From a virus: DNA of 64,000 nucleotides. Location: the IMG/VR virus record IMGVR_UViG_3300021961_008157; one strand, 5' to 3'. The notes beneath the pieces are model-generated. The model had not been told where the DNA came from. It was given only the letters and a program-made list of their open reading frames with translations, and made no database searches. The translations under genes were made by a program, and so were the position numbers. Shown one piece after another: positions 45,435 to 55,718 of the stretch (positions are counted from its first letter, which is position 1; each line of letters starts with the position of its first letter).

Positions 45435-46418
45435 TTATTTAGATTTAGCAAGTGTTTTAGGAATTATTTTTGCCAATGCTTGCCCGCCTTTTAAGCTGCC
45501 AATTGTTCCGGGTTTGACCAATTCCAACCAAGTGACGTTTTGTGTATTGTTCCAAGAAAATTGTGTGCGATAGCCAATTTTTCGAGCTGCTGCCCTAACA
45601 CGCTTACCGGGTGTGTAAAAGCAGTAGTGCCTCTCAACTAATTCTACAGCATGATAGCGATCGCAATCGTTAAAAGTCATTGCCAGTGTGCCTCCAGGTC
45701 TTAATTTTTTATAAATGTTTTCAAGATAGCTTTCCAATACTTCCATAGACACAAATTCAAAAAAGTTAAATGCAAGACACAAGCCCATTTGGTTGTTGGG
45801 CAACTCCGATAATAAATCAGTGTCTGTTGGTAATTGGGGATAGATGCGTAATCGATTTTTGTAATCGTCGTTAAATTTAGACAGAGCCGGCTCTAATAGT
45901 TCATTACTATAATCAACCAAATAAAGAGGATCAAGTGCTACTAGGTCATCTATAAAAGATTCTGTTGCTGGCCTAATAATCAAGCCAGCACACTTCCAGT
46001 CAGCTAGCGATTTTAAGCGATTTTGCAACATTGTCTTGGCTTCGTCGGAAATTGTTAAGCGTCGATCTAGAATCTGCTGATCAACTTTTTTATCTGTTTC
46101 TTCACCAAGAGTCTTATAATTGTTTGCAATTACAGCATACCGTGCTGAACTGCTTTCATAGTAGTCTTTTTCCGCAAACTCAATCATAAGATCAAGCTCG
46201 CGTATTAGCTCATTTAGTGTAGATCCAAACTGATTAAATGTATCAATAAGATTGTATAAATCTTCTTCAATAGTTTCAGTAAATGTGCGCGGCTGTATGA
46301 CACTGGTTTTAACGGTATGAACAACATCTGACAATTTGTGCCGTGCCTGATACTGTATGTCCTCAATGTCATACTTTTGTAGTTGATTGCGATATGCAAT
46401 AAGTTCACTTAATTTCAT
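45435..46418 (-). CDS. Methyltransferase-like protein with N-terminal coiled coil
   Basis: LRPGGTLAMTF motif. Confidence 0.5.
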   Translation of the reverse strand: MKLSELIAYRNQLQKYDIEDIQYQARHKLSDVVHTVKTSVIQPRTFTETIEEDLYNLIDTFNQFGSTLNELIRELDLMIEFAEKDYYESSSARYAVIANNYKTLGEETDKKVDQQILDRRLTISDEAKTMLQNRLKSLADWKCAGLIIRPATESFIDDLVALDPLYLVDYSNELLEPALSKFNDDYKNRLRIYPQLPTDTDLLSELPNNQMGLCLAFNFFEFVSMEVLESYLENIYKKLRPGGTLAMTFNDCDRYHAVELVERHYCFYTPGKRVRAAARKIGYRTQFSWNNTQNVTWLELVKPGTIGSLKGGQALAKIIPKTLAKSK

Positions 46419-46421
46419 ACA

Positions 46422-49079
46422 TTACCATTCAAATAAAGTTTGGAATGTGTTTTCAGTGTTAGTGGCACTGGTCAAATCCCACTCAAGCACACCTAGCAAA
46501 TTGTCGATCTTTTGATCAACCACAGTGGCTTCCATAGCACCGTCATCAAATGGCAGTTCCTTAAACCACTCGGGCAGTCGCTGTTCATCTGTGGGATAAC
46601 CAATACTGGTCCAGCCCAGTGGATTAGCTTTTAGCTTGCACACAATAGTTTTCATACCATCAACAATTTGCATTGAGTAGTTATCGCCATTCATACGCCG
46701 TAAATTATTCCAGTTAAGTGCTGCTCTAACGTGCCCGGGCATGTTGGCTTTGCCTAACCGTTCTTCCTCAGCGGCATACTTGGTTAAGTTATTAACACGT
46801 TTGGGACTGCCCTTTTCCCAACCTGGGCGATCCATGAACGTATACTTAAATTCGCGTATGCGTTCAACAATCTTGTCCCGCGGATGACCACTCAGAGCCA
46901 TGTTCAATATTTCTAACAAAAAATCTTGAATCACACGCGGAGTATCACTGCGTTTTAGATCCAAGCCCATGACCTTGGTCTTGCCAATAGCACCGTTAAT
47001 GTCTAGGCGTTTGCCTTCAAGATCAACAATGTTTACAGCATAACGCTTTTTAGTAATAAACAAGCCACGATCGGCTACCAGTTCGCGACCAGCCCGGATC
47101 AACGCCCCCATTTCTCGCGGGCAGTGAAATGCTTGTTCCATAAATCCCGGGAAAGAGCCATTCACTTGTTCAGCAATAGAATCATACAGCGCAATACAAG
47201 TTTCTTTGTTCCATTCCATGTTTCCTGCTTCAACTTCTTTTTTCACTGCGTGCCAAGCAGTAAAGTAACAACTGTCAGTGTCGCCATAAATGATAGCGTC
47301 GCCCACATGGTCATATACACCAGTGATACACTCATTGATATATGCATCCATGTGCTTGGCAATTGAACGACCTGTTAGCGTAGTTGATTGTCCAATCCGA
47401 TGATCAAAGAAACGGCATCCAGGATTTAAAATAGCGCCATACAAACTGTTTAGATTAATTTTCTTAACCAATTGACGCTTGTCCCAAAACGCTTCTTCTT
47501 TTTTATCCTTTGCATCGCGTTTCTTGGCTTGCATTTCCTTACGCTCCGCATACCAACGCTCCAACAATCCGGGAATGATACCTTTCTTTTCATATGTAAG
47601 AATAGTGCCATTGGCCGACAATATCCATGGACGATTCGAATCAAATATAATGGACCAAATTTCCGCAGCCGAGTACACATCCGACTCGCCAGACTGCCAG
47701 TCAACGGTGATTTCAGTGCCGCGTTGTTGTTCCATAACAGCAGTATACTCTAAACTGCCAAACAATCCCTCCCACGCCGCTGCAAAACTTTGTCCACTGT
47801 TGATTTTATCTTTGATGTATCTATCAGTCATGATAGGACGCAGTTGCCCCACAACTGTTTCGGGTCCCATGTTCATAGCACGAATCGCTGACGGATATAG
47901 ACTGTTAATGTCCACTGATCCAATCCACTCGCTCATGCCCTTCTTGGGATAAGCCACATATGCACCGGCCGCTTGTGTGTTGTCATCAGTTAGGCGCTGC
48001 TGCCGATTGGGCACAACCATGCCCCGCTCGTGTGCTTCGTTAATAATAGCCTGCTCAGTCACAGCCACAGCACCCATGGTGGTCTGTAGCAACACAGTAT
48101 TAGCATGTGCCAGCGTGTTGGCTAGATCTAGAAACTGTAGTTTTTTGTCTAACTTGTTTAGTAGTGCTGTGTCTTGGCGGTTGTATGCAATAAACGTTTT
48201 GAAGTGCTGGTTATACAGTTGATCCAGCGTACCTTCAAACTGTGTCTTACGCTCGCCCAACTCGTATTCAGCAATAGCATCTAGACTATAACTGTGCCGT
48301 TCTTCATAAGTGTATTTCCGATACAACTGCATATAGTCCATATGCACACGACCAATCAAGTCATAAGTTTCTTGCTCGGCACCAAAGCGTTCAAACTTCC
48401 GTGGCTTGGGAAACTGCCCCCAAAGGCAAAACTTTCGTGTATCGTCCTTGCTGAGTATGCGTGTGATGCGATTGATAGTGTAAGGAATATCATAGCCTTC
48501 GGAGTTCCACCCACTAAGCACATCTGCATCGTCGATCAGGTCCAGGAACATTTTGAGCATGTCCGCTTCGTTGTCAAACAAAAATGTGTTATCAAACTCG
48601 GCAACCAACTCTTGTGCTGTTTCCATGCTAATGGAACGCGGAGGCACAGCCAGCGTTACCAACTGATCCAGCCAATCCAGGTATACCGAAATCGCTGTTA
48701 TGGCGTTGAATGGATCTTCGGTGGGCGAAAAGCCGCGAACCTTGTCAAAGTCTACTTCAATGTCGAAAAATGCTGTTTGTAGTACAGGGGAGTCGGCATC
48801 TTTATAGTTTTCTTCAAAGCAGCGAAAGATAGGATTGATATCGCTTTCATACAACTGCTTGCTGCTGTGCATTCGAATTTCTTTGCGAAATTCTTTGTTG
48901 TTCCGAGTGGAGAATCTGCTGACTGGTGTGCCGTAGATGCTTTGAAACTTACCCCGCGGGTCATCGTAATAAAAAACAAAACTAGCAGGATATTCTTTAT
49001 AGACACGATGACCATTTACACGCTCTACAACGTGAATGCGATCAGAATCTCTATCAAATAGTGCATCTACATATGACAT
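46422..49079 (-). CDS. Family B DNA polymerase
   Basis: Exo DIEVD, DINSLYPS, K..LNSLYG, YGDTDS, KKRY. Confidence 0.97.
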   Translation of the reverse strand: MSYVDALFDRDSDRIHVVERVNGHRVYKEYPASFVFYYDDPRGKFQSIYGTPVSRFSTRNNKEFRKEIRMHSSKQLYESDINPIFRCFEENYKDADSPVLQTAFFDIEVDFDKVRGFSPTEDPFNAITAISVYLDWLDQLVTLAVPPRSISMETAQELVAEFDNTFLFDNEADMLKMFLDLIDDADVLSGWNSEGYDIPYTINRITRILSKDDTRKFCLWGQFPKPRKFERFGAEQETYDLIGRVHMDYMQLYRKYTYEERHSYSLDAIAEYELGERKTQFEGTLDQLYNQHFKTFIAYNRQDTALLNKLDKKLQFLDLANTLAHANTVLLQTTMGAVAVTEQAIINEAHERGMVVPNRQQRLTDDNTQAAGAYVAYPKKGMSEWIGSVDINSLYPSAIRAMNMGPETVVGQLRPIMTDRYIKDKINSGQSFAAAWEGLFGSLEYTAVMEQQRGTEITVDWQSGESDVYSAAEIWSIIFDSNRPWILSANGTILTYEKKGIIPGLLERWYAERKEMQAKKRDAKDKKEEAFWDKRQLVKKINLNSLYGAILNPGCRFFDHRIGQSTTLTGRSIAKHMDAYINECITGVYDHVGDAIIYGDTDSCYFTAWHAVKKEVEAGNMEWNKETCIALYDSIAEQVNGSFPGFMEQAFHCPREMGALIRAGRELVADRGLFITKKRYAVNIVDLEGKRLDINGAIGKTKVMGLDLKRSDTPRVIQDFLLEILNMALSGHPRDKIVERIREFKYTFMDRPGWEKGSPKRVNNLTKYAAEEERLGKANMPGHVRAALNWNNLRRMNGDNYSMQIVDGMKTIVCKLKANPLGWTSIGYPTDEQRLPEWFKELPFDDGAMEATVVDQKIDNLLGVLEWDLTSATNTENTFQTLFEW

Positions 49080-49152
49080 AACAAAATCCGTTTATGGCCG
49101 GCAGCCGTGATACATGCTCGTAGCGTGAGCGACTCGTTGTGAATGCTACTAC

Positions 49153-49410
49153 TTATAGCGTTTTGCCTACAGTGGTCAAAATAGTTTCTAGTAGCTCGTG
49201 ATCCTGCTGCTCTTTACCAAATTCAGCTTTGTGTGCCAGTTTGATGGCTTTTTTCAGAATAGCTGGTTTGATTTCCAGTTCTTCTGCCACTGCTTTAATA
49301 GTATCGCTTAGGCCACCTTGTAATGATTCAATTTCATGCATCACAGTCATGCCTTCGTTAATGATCTGTGTAAGTTTGATTTTTTGGTCGCCGTTGAATG
49401 TTTTGGTCAT
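49153..49410 (-). CDS. Small helical dsDNA-binding protein (T4 DsbA/GapR-like)
   Basis: Size and the IKAVAEELEIKPAILKKAIKL pattern; TTGACT-17-TATACT promoter at 49433-49461. Confidence 0.55.
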   Translation of the reverse strand: MTKTFNGDQKIKLTQIINEGMTVMHEIESLQGGLSDTIKAVAEELEIKPAILKKAIKLAHKAEFGKEQQDHELLETILTTVGKTL

Positions 49411-49477
49411 AAAATACTCCAATTAAAAATGTAGTATACACAATAAGACAAGCAAAGTCAACAGTTTTGGTGCAGTA

Positions 49478-50566
49478 TTATCTGAATTTGTTTAATATTT
49501 TGTTAGCGGTTTGTTCATTATTGTCCTGGCATTTTTTTCTGAAATCTCCCGACCAGACATAATCGTTGTTGTGTTCAGTACTGTTCCGGGTCATTAACTC
49601 AATGTCGTTAGTAGTGTAATTAGCAAGACTTTTTATCAAATTAACTATTCCCTGCATTCGAGTAATATTTCCCGGATCGTTGTCCCAACTTAAATCTAGT
49701 TCACCATAATCAAATTCAAATCCCAAATCACGCAGATGTTTATATGATTCAAATTGTCCAACAGGTACAAAAGGAGTTCCAGCAATTAAACATTTATATA
49801 ACTTTTCTGAAAATGATGGCCCTGGTATAATAACATCACCAAATTCATTAATCATGCGACTGTAATGAAAACTCTCGCCCACAAAGTGCAATGCTGACTC
49901 TAAATATGTTGATTGCCAGGGGTTTGAATTTACGTGCTGATTATTATCAATCGCGTTGTTAAACTCATCAATGGCAATTGTTTTTCCCAGCCATTTGGAT
50001 TGAAATGTACTCATTAATCCGTCGAGTTCGCTGTTGCCGGTTGGCACCCAATGGTGTACATTTTTAAGCTCGACCCAGTCGCTGAGTTTAACCAGCAATT
50101 CTTCTCGTTTGATATACTCCATTAACGCAGTAAACACTATTGCTTTAGATTGTGTTATTCGATTGCAGATATTACTGATTTTGTATTTGATTGTGCGTGT
50201 CTGTTGATTGGGAAATCTTTGAATAATTCTGTGTATGTGTTCGTGCCAACTATGATATTGATAAAAATAAACATTATCAAGAAATGGAAAATCATAGTCA
50301 GATCCATCACACAATACAATAATCGGCTCTGATATTCTAGCTGCCTGACTCATAACCCATTCAGTGTCGAATCTTTCTTGATGAAATAGTAGGACATAGG
50401 TTGAATGACCTAAGGGTAGATTAATGGGGTTGTTCGATGAACTAGGTATACACGGCCAAAGTGCAAAGTATGTGTCTTTGGGTAAGTCTTCTAACCAATT
50501 TAGTTCGTCGATTTCCAGTGGGAATGTTGGACGACCAAAAAATTGATCAGGCATAATGTATTTCAT
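49478..50566 (-). CDS. Glycosyltransferase-like protein (family of 23965-25865)
   Basis: FSEKLYKCLIAGTPFVPVG...LGF. Confidence 0.5.
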   Translation of the reverse strand: MKYIMPDQFFGRPTFPLEIDELNWLEDLPKDTYFALWPCIPSSSNNPINLPLGHSTYVLLFHQERFDTEWVMSQAARISEPIIVLCDGSDYDFPFLDNVYFYQYHSWHEHIHRIIQRFPNQQTRTIKYKISNICNRITQSKAIVFTALMEYIKREELLVKLSDWVELKNVHHWVPTGNSELDGLMSTFQSKWLGKTIAIDEFNNAIDNNQHVNSNPWQSTYLESALHFVGESFHYSRMINEFGDVIIPGPSFSEKLYKCLIAGTPFVPVGQFESYKHLRDLGFEFDYGELDLSWDNDPGNITRMQGIVNLIKSLANYTTNDIELMTRNSTEHNNDYVWSGDFRKKCQDNNEQTANKILNKFR

Positions 50567-50577
50567 GCCATTATATA

Positions 50578-50666
50578 GCTCACTTTGTAGGTCACGGTAG
50601 CGATTCGCTTCCTACGCCCAGCAGCCGGGCAACACCACGGTAACTAGTACCGGTCCTAAGGTGTGT
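50578..50666 (-). ncRNA. Candidate structured intergenic RNA
   Basis: Three consecutive GC-rich stems in a non-coding gap. Confidence 0.5.
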
Positions 50667-50670
50667 TCTT

Positions 50671-52248
50671 TTACTTGCCGGCTACAGCCAGCGCAGCACC
50701 TTTGTTAAAACTGGGACTCCAGGGACTATTAGCCTGCTGTAATCCCTTACTCTTGCTCCATTCATAGCCAGCACGATGTCCCGAACAGTCTTTAGTGCAC
50801 TCACTGCCCAAAAACTTTAGTTCATTCAGTTCATCTTTAAATCCGCTCAAGTTGCGCTCAACCTGACTGACCCAAGCACTAACATCACTGGAACCAATTT
50901 CTTCCACATCGCCTACAAATTCAGCAACACTATCAATGGCGTCACCTACAGCAAAAGGTCCATATTTTTGTAATAAGTCTGCTCGCTGCCTTAAGATGCG
51001 GTTTGTAATAGCATTGGCCACAGGATTGTCTTCTTGGCCTTCGTCCACACCTTGCTGTTCATGCATATCGCGAAGCTCTTTATACTTGTCTAGTAAGTCT
51101 TTGTGTTTGCCAATCTCAGTTGATTTCAATCCATAGCGAGCAGTTTTAGCGTTGTCTAAATGATATTTGGCTCTCTTATGATCACCACGTTCATGGGCAT
51201 CGATAGCCTTCTTCATAGTTGTGGCAAACGACGATTCCGCTACACCTTGTAGTTCTTTTTGTGTGGCGCCTGCTTTACGAGCAGCTTCAGCATCTTTAGA
51301 ATCTTTTGTCTTGCGATATTTTGCTAATAATTCTTTGCGGGTGCCACCTTGACTTGGGGGATTGTAATCTGTGGCACTTGCGGTTTCATCCACACCGTGT
51401 TCAGGCTTAACATCCACAACCTTAGCCATACTATGATGCTTTAGGAAACGCTCACGAGCAGAACGAGGACCAGTCATACCCCGAACACGGAACTTTTTAA
51501 CCTTACCGTCTACTTCAGCAGTGACAATGTAATCGCGAACCATTTGAGCAGCGGCTTGTAGACCACTTGGATCTAATGCTGCTTCATCCATATCGTCACG
51601 GAACTCACCGCTGTCGTGCATACGTGCTTCTTCTTCGTCACTATCAGCATAGTCGTTAAAACTTACATCGCTAGAGTGAAAACTATGCTTACCGTGATTG
51701 TATAAGTTTACAATAACAAAACGCTTGTCTTGACCAAAATCATCAATAACGCCAGTTGCACCATTGAACTCAACGTTGCCAGTGATAACAACATCATCAC
51801 CAATGTTTAAGCCTTCTGCGGATTCCGCCACACCTTCTTTTACGCTGTCAATGATTGCTTTAATTTGCTTCAAGTGATTTAATTTACTTGCTAATTGTTT
51901 AGCATTAGCATATTGGCTGCCAGATGTTGTGCGCTCATAGTCGCCATATCTTTTTAATTCATTTGCAACTTGTGTAATTTCAGCATCAATGTTAGGATGC
52001 TTTGCTGCCCAACCTTGTGCAATGCGCTGGTCTCTTTCGCTACTTTGCGCATCACCTTCACTCATACCCGAGCGTAGTTTCTTGCTAAACTCCTGAGCGC
52101 TTTTCTTTTCAGCTTTTTGGAAACGGCGTTCAATGTCTTTTAACCCGCGTCTGTGTTCGCGATCAATTTTCTTATCTTGTGCCGCAAGTTTATCTATAAC
52201 ATCCTGAAAAGGATTGGCATTTTCATTGAAAAGGTCGTTTAAGTTCAT
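50671..52248 (-). CDS. Modular putative head-cargo polyprotein with GV[A/D]E linkers
   Basis: N-terminus MNLNDLFNE; EGVAE, HGVDE, QGVAE and QGVDE separate unrelated segments. Confidence 0.65.
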   Translation of the reverse strand: MNLNDLFNENANPFQDVIDKLAAQDKKIDREHRRGLKDIERRFQKAEKKSAQEFSKKLRSGMSEGDAQSSERDQRIAQGWAAKHPNIDAEITQVANELKRYGDYERTTSGSQYANAKQLASKLNHLKQIKAIIDSVKEGVAESAEGLNIGDDVVITGNVEFNGATGVIDDFGQDKRFVIVNLYNHGKHSFHSSDVSFNDYADSDEEEARMHDSGEFRDDMDEAALDPSGLQAAAQMVRDYIVTAEVDGKVKKFRVRGMTGPRSARERFLKHHSMAKVVDVKPEHGVDETASATDYNPPSQGGTRKELLAKYRKTKDSKDAEAARKAGATQKELQGVAESSFATTMKKAIDAHERGDHKRAKYHLDNAKTARYGLKSTEIGKHKDLLDKYKELRDMHEQQGVDEGQEDNPVANAITNRILRQRADLLQKYGPFAVGDAIDSVAEFVGDVEEIGSSDVSAWVSQVERNLSGFKDELNELKFLGSECTKDCSGHRAGYEWSKSKGLQQANSPWSPSFNKGAALAVAGK

Positions 52249-52949
52249 TATGCTTCCTCTATGTAGTCAGCACTTTCGTCTTGTTTTTTGCTTCGTGCAA
52301 GATACATTTCCAATGCCATTTGTGCTTGGTCTAAATTTTTAAAGCGTGACTTTGTTGCACGACCATTGTGGCGCACTTCAAAGCCACATAGTTCATCGCC
52401 GTGTATTTCACAGATACGACCATCTTCTAGCGTGATTGTTTTAACGGGCGACGACTCAGTGTATATAGGCTCTTCTACTGGAGCAGTAGGCATTTGGATC
52501 ACTGGCTCCTCGTCAGTGGGATTTTCAGCCACAGCAGTAATTTGTTTGGCAATAATGCTACGGTCTTTATTATTTTTTTCTTTGATGTCGCTGTCGCTTT
52601 TAGTTTTTTCTTTTAAGTCTGTATCTTTCTTTTCAGTAGCAATACTGTCAAGATATTCAGCAAAAGATTTTTTAACTTTTTCTAGTTTGTCTTCACTGGT
52701 GACTGCTTCTTCGATTTTTTCTTCGTCTTCTTCCTCAACGCTTTCATTGGCGCCAACCATGTAGCCTGCGCTGGGTGCTTTTTTATTTGGATCGCCGCCT
52801 AGCACTGGACCTTGCTTGGGCATGCTAAACAATGCTGGCATCTGTGGCACAGACTTTTGTTGACTGTTTAGGCCAGACTTAACAGAAGCAGGTGTAATGC
52901 TGCCTTCAATTACAGCCAGGCGTTGCATTATAGTGTAAATTTCATCCAT
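52248..52949 (-). CDS. Acidic hypothetical phage protein
   Basis: Intact ORF in the late cluster. Confidence 0.6.
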   Translation of the reverse strand: MDEIYTIMQRLAVIEGSITPASVKSGLNSQQKSVPQMPALFSMPKQGPVLGGDPNKKAPSAGYMVGANESVEEEDEEKIEEAVTSEDKLEKVKKSFAEYLDSIATEKKDTDLKEKTKSDSDIKEKNNKDRSIIAKQITAVAENPTDEEPVIQMPTAPVEEPIYTESSPVKTITLEDGRICEIHGDELCGFEVRHNGRATKSRFKNLDQAQMALEMYLARSKKQDESADYIEEA

Positions 52950-52951
52950 GA

Positions 52952-53392
52952 TTATTCCCTAACGTCCTTTAGAAAGCTACGCAATTGCCAAGCATACTTG
53001 TTTTGCTGACTCAGTCGTTCAGCAATAAAGTTGGCAATGTCTTGTTTGTTTTCAGCTTCAGCATCAGCAAAACAACTGTTCAATAGGTCTACCATTGTTT
53101 GGCTGTCTGCCAGTAGTTCTTGGATCATTAGTTTGGCCCGGGGTATTTTTGTTTGGCCGGGTATTTGTGTCAATTCCTGAAAGCGTTCTAAGCTGCCAGG
53201 AGCGTATTCGTCTAAACTTCGTATATACTCAGCCAGTGGATCAATGGCTTCGTACGCATCTTGGTATATCTCTCCAAAAAAATTGTGTAACTGTGCAAAG
53301 TCGCTGCCTTCAACGTTCCAGTGAAAGTAGTGAACTTTTAGATAGTAGGAAAACTGGCTGGCCAGTAGTGTTTTTAGTTGATCAGTTAGCAC
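52952..53392 (-). CDS. dps: Dps / ferritin-like DNA protection protein
   Basis: HYFHWNVEG.DF..LH..F, D.LAEYIR.L, W.LRS. Confidence 0.9.
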   Translation of the reverse strand: MLTDQLKTLLASQFSYYLKVHYFHWNVEGSDFAQLHNFFGEIYQDAYEAIDPLAEYIRSLDEYAPGSLERFQELTQIPGQTKIPRAKLMIQELLADSQTMVDLLNSCFADAEAENKQDIANFIAERLSQQNKYAWQLRSFLKDVRE

Positions 53393-53576
53393 GACGTTTC
53401 TTTCCTTTTTTCATATAACTTGGAGTATTTGGAGTTGCATCCGTAGTGTATTTACCAGAAAAGAAGCTGCCGCCGTTTCTACTAACCATGCCCAGCGGAG
53501 CAGCTACTGGTGCTATACCACCTGCGCTAGTGGCGCCAGCTGACGCATTTTCGCGAATAAATTCGTGTGCTTTCAT
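53382..53576 (-). CDS. Small putative virion peptide
   Basis: N-terminus MKAHEFIRE, Gly/Ala-rich core, basic tail. Confidence 0.55.
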   Translation of the reverse strand: MKAHEFIRENASAGATSAGGIAPVAAPLGMVSRNGGSFFSGKYTTDATPNTPSYMKKGKKRRAN

Positions 53577-53854
53577 TGTGTAATTTTTAAAATATTGTTG
53601 GTAATGCGTCCGGGACCGTGGTCAACACGGAGGTTGTTTATGTGCAATGTTGCTACAGTGGGATCAAGCAATTGATAACTGATAACGTATTCCCCAGGTT
53701 CTGCTTCAATTTGGAGCATTTCTTCAAGATACTCGTTGGTCCACTTCCATGTGCGTTCAGCAAACAGTTCGTCATCAACATACACACGGTATACAGGCGG
53801 TGTGCCCGACCAAGTGCAATCAAGATCACACAGTACACGAACAAATTGTCTCAT
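53573..53854 (-). CDS. Hypothetical protein
   Basis: Preceded by TAAATA; coupled to the next ORF. Confidence 0.55.
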   Translation of the reverse strand: MRQFVRVLCDLDCTWSGTPPVYRVYVDDELFAERTWKWTNEYLEEMLQIEAEPGEYVISYQLLDPTVATLHINNLRVDHGPGRITNNILKITQ

Positions 53855-53872
53855 CCTGTATTTAGCTACAGT

Positions 53873-54061
53873 TTATTGAACTTGTTTGATAGAACCTATG
53901 TGCCAGTCTTGTATATTATATTGGGTTTTTAAGATGTTCCGGGCTACAGTAATGTTTGGAGCCCAAGTTGTTACGTTAACCAAAGAAACATATCGTGGGT
54001 TTTCAATACGGATTTTAGCAATCCATTGCTTGGCTGACCCGACAATTTCTTTGGCTTTCAT
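53873..54061 (-). CDS. Small hypothetical protein
   Basis: N-terminus MKAKEIV; TAAATA upstream. Confidence 0.5.
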   Translation of the reverse strand: MKAKEIVGSAKQWIAKIRIENPRYVSLVNVTTWAPNITVARNILKTQYNIQDWHIGSIKQVQ

Positions 54062-54094
54062 TGTGTATTATTTACCAGATAAATGGTCATAATT

Positions 54095-55081
54095 CTATGC
54101 ATTGTGCCCATATACTTGATAGTATCTTAGAATCATTGAATCTGCAAAAAATTTGTGTGATAGTAGTCCGGGATGGCTGCCGTCAGAACCCAGGTCAATA
54201 TAATGATCATCGTGGTTCTGCCCAAAAATTCCATGTAATGGAATAAAATTCGGCATTCTTTCCATGTCTGACTCAATGCCTTTGATTAGTGTTGCTAAAA
54301 TAAATTTAACTCCGATTTTATTACAAAAATTTATAACTTGGTAAATCGACGTTATAGATTTGTACTGTGTATGGTCAGACAAAAAGTATTCTTTAGTTAT
54401 TAACTTTGCAGCCAGACTGCTTGCGTGACTTTTGTTTATATTTGTAAATTTCACCGACATCGACATATCGTCCCAAAATGAAAATCTTTTTGGATTTGTA
54501 ATCCCCCAAAATAAAATATCATTTTTTTCTAAGTCGGACCGCAAGATCTGATCGGCTGCCCACTCAATTGAACTCCCTGAGCGTGTCAGGAAAGAAACTG
54601 GAAGATTTAATTTTTCAGAAATTATATTTCCATAACGTTCGTGTTGTTGAACACCCATTCCGTCACTTATACTACATCCAGCAATCCAAATTTGCGGTTT
54701 TTCTGATCTTTTTGTGTCAGCAAGTTCCAGTGAATTCTTGGCTATCCCCTTTGCTTCATATCCATGAACAATTTTTGTTGGGTCCTTTGAGAATACTGTT
54801 AGATACGATTCGATCCATTCTTTTTGCTTGCTAGATTGAAAGAGAGATTGATCAGACCATTTTTCAGGAGGAGCATATATTATTCTGTTTGCCTGTCTTA
54901 AAACAGATGCAAATTGTACCAAATTGTCAAGGTCGCCAATACTGATATAGTAAGTGCCCGGTGATAGTTCTTTGTAATTTTTGTTGGTAATTAATACTGC
55001 ATCAAGATCATGTTTTTGTGCTGTTTCTGCCAAATACGGAGTTATATCGCCAACAAAAATTGTAATTTCTTCGGTGGCCAT
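54095..55081 (-). CDS. SGNH-like hypothetical protein
   Basis: AGCSISDG, GSS and DGSHPG motifs. Confidence 0.55.
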   Translation of the reverse strand: MATEEITIFVGDITPYLAETAQKHDLDAVLITNKNYKELSPGTYYISIGDLDNLVQFASVLRQANRIIYAPPEKWSDQSLFQSSKQKEWIESYLTVFSKDPTKIVHGYEAKGIAKNSLELADTKRSEKPQIWIAGCSISDGMGVQQHERYGNIISEKLNLPVSFLTRSGSSIEWAADQILRSDLEKNDILFWGITNPKRFSFWDDMSMSVKFTNINKSHASSLAAKLITKEYFLSDHTQYKSITSIYQVINFCNKIGVKFILATLIKGIESDMERMPNFIPLHGIFGQNHDDHYIDLGSDGSHPGLLSHKFFADSMILRYYQVYGHNA

Positions 55082-55087
55082 TGAATA

Positions 55088-55717
55088 CTACTTTGTAGAT
55101 TTAGCGGCGTTCTTTTCCTTTACAGCACCCTCGGGCATGTAGGGAAAACTTACAGGATGTCGAAAACATGCTTTAGGATCGCCTTGCCCCGCTTCGATTA
55201 AAAATGCTGTTTCGGCGGGCACTTGTCCCATAGGGCAATAGCATGTGGCAATGCCATTTGGTCCCTTTTCGCAATTCCAGCTAAAACAGTTGCTGGCATT
55301 GTAGCCTTGCTTTAGATCGGCGCTGCATTTTTGAACCACAACTTTCATGTCTTTGGGCTTGTGGCTGAAGTTATTGGCTTCTTGTGGATACTCTAGCCGC
55401 GGCCAAAATGTGCTCCATACATGTTTGCTGTCAGTGGGCTCGCAACTGCCCTTCATGTTGCCCATGCTGGTGTCAGCAATATTGGGACCGTTTAATATGG
55501 GGCAACGGCACACCACTTCAGGATATGAATTGCCAGCTGAGTTAGTAATCATTCGCTGCGTACCATCGGCATTCATTACAGGCTTACAAGTACTGGCTGC
55601 ACAAAGCGCAAATTCGCCTTGGCAAATGGTCAATCCCGGAGGTGCTTTGGGTTTTGATTGTGCAAATGCTGCACTAGCCAGTACTAAACTGGTTAAAAAT
55701 ATTACTAGTTGTTTCAT
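55088..55717 (-). CDS. Secreted cysteine-rich protein
   Basis: Signal peptide, many Cys residues. Confidence 0.65.
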   Translation of the reverse strand: MKQLVIFLTSLVLASAAFAQSKPKAPPGLTICQGEFALCAASTCKPVMNADGTQRMITNSAGNSYPEVVCRCPILNGPNIADTSMGNMKGSCEPTDSKHVWSTFWPRLEYPQEANNFSHKPKDMKVVVQKCSADLKQGYNASNCFSWNCEKGPNGIATCYCPMGQVPAETAFLIEAGQGDPKACFRHPVSFPYMPEGAVKEKNAAKSTK

Positions 55718-55718
55718 G

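Noticed and set aside
40029-48782. Longer antisense ORFs (e.g. 40029-40595, 47479-47952, 48294-48782)
   Set aside because: Shadows of well-supported minus-strand genes with no recognisable motifs
46422-49079. Intein or intron in the DNA polymerase
   Set aside because: Motifs are contiguous in a normal-length 885-aa protein
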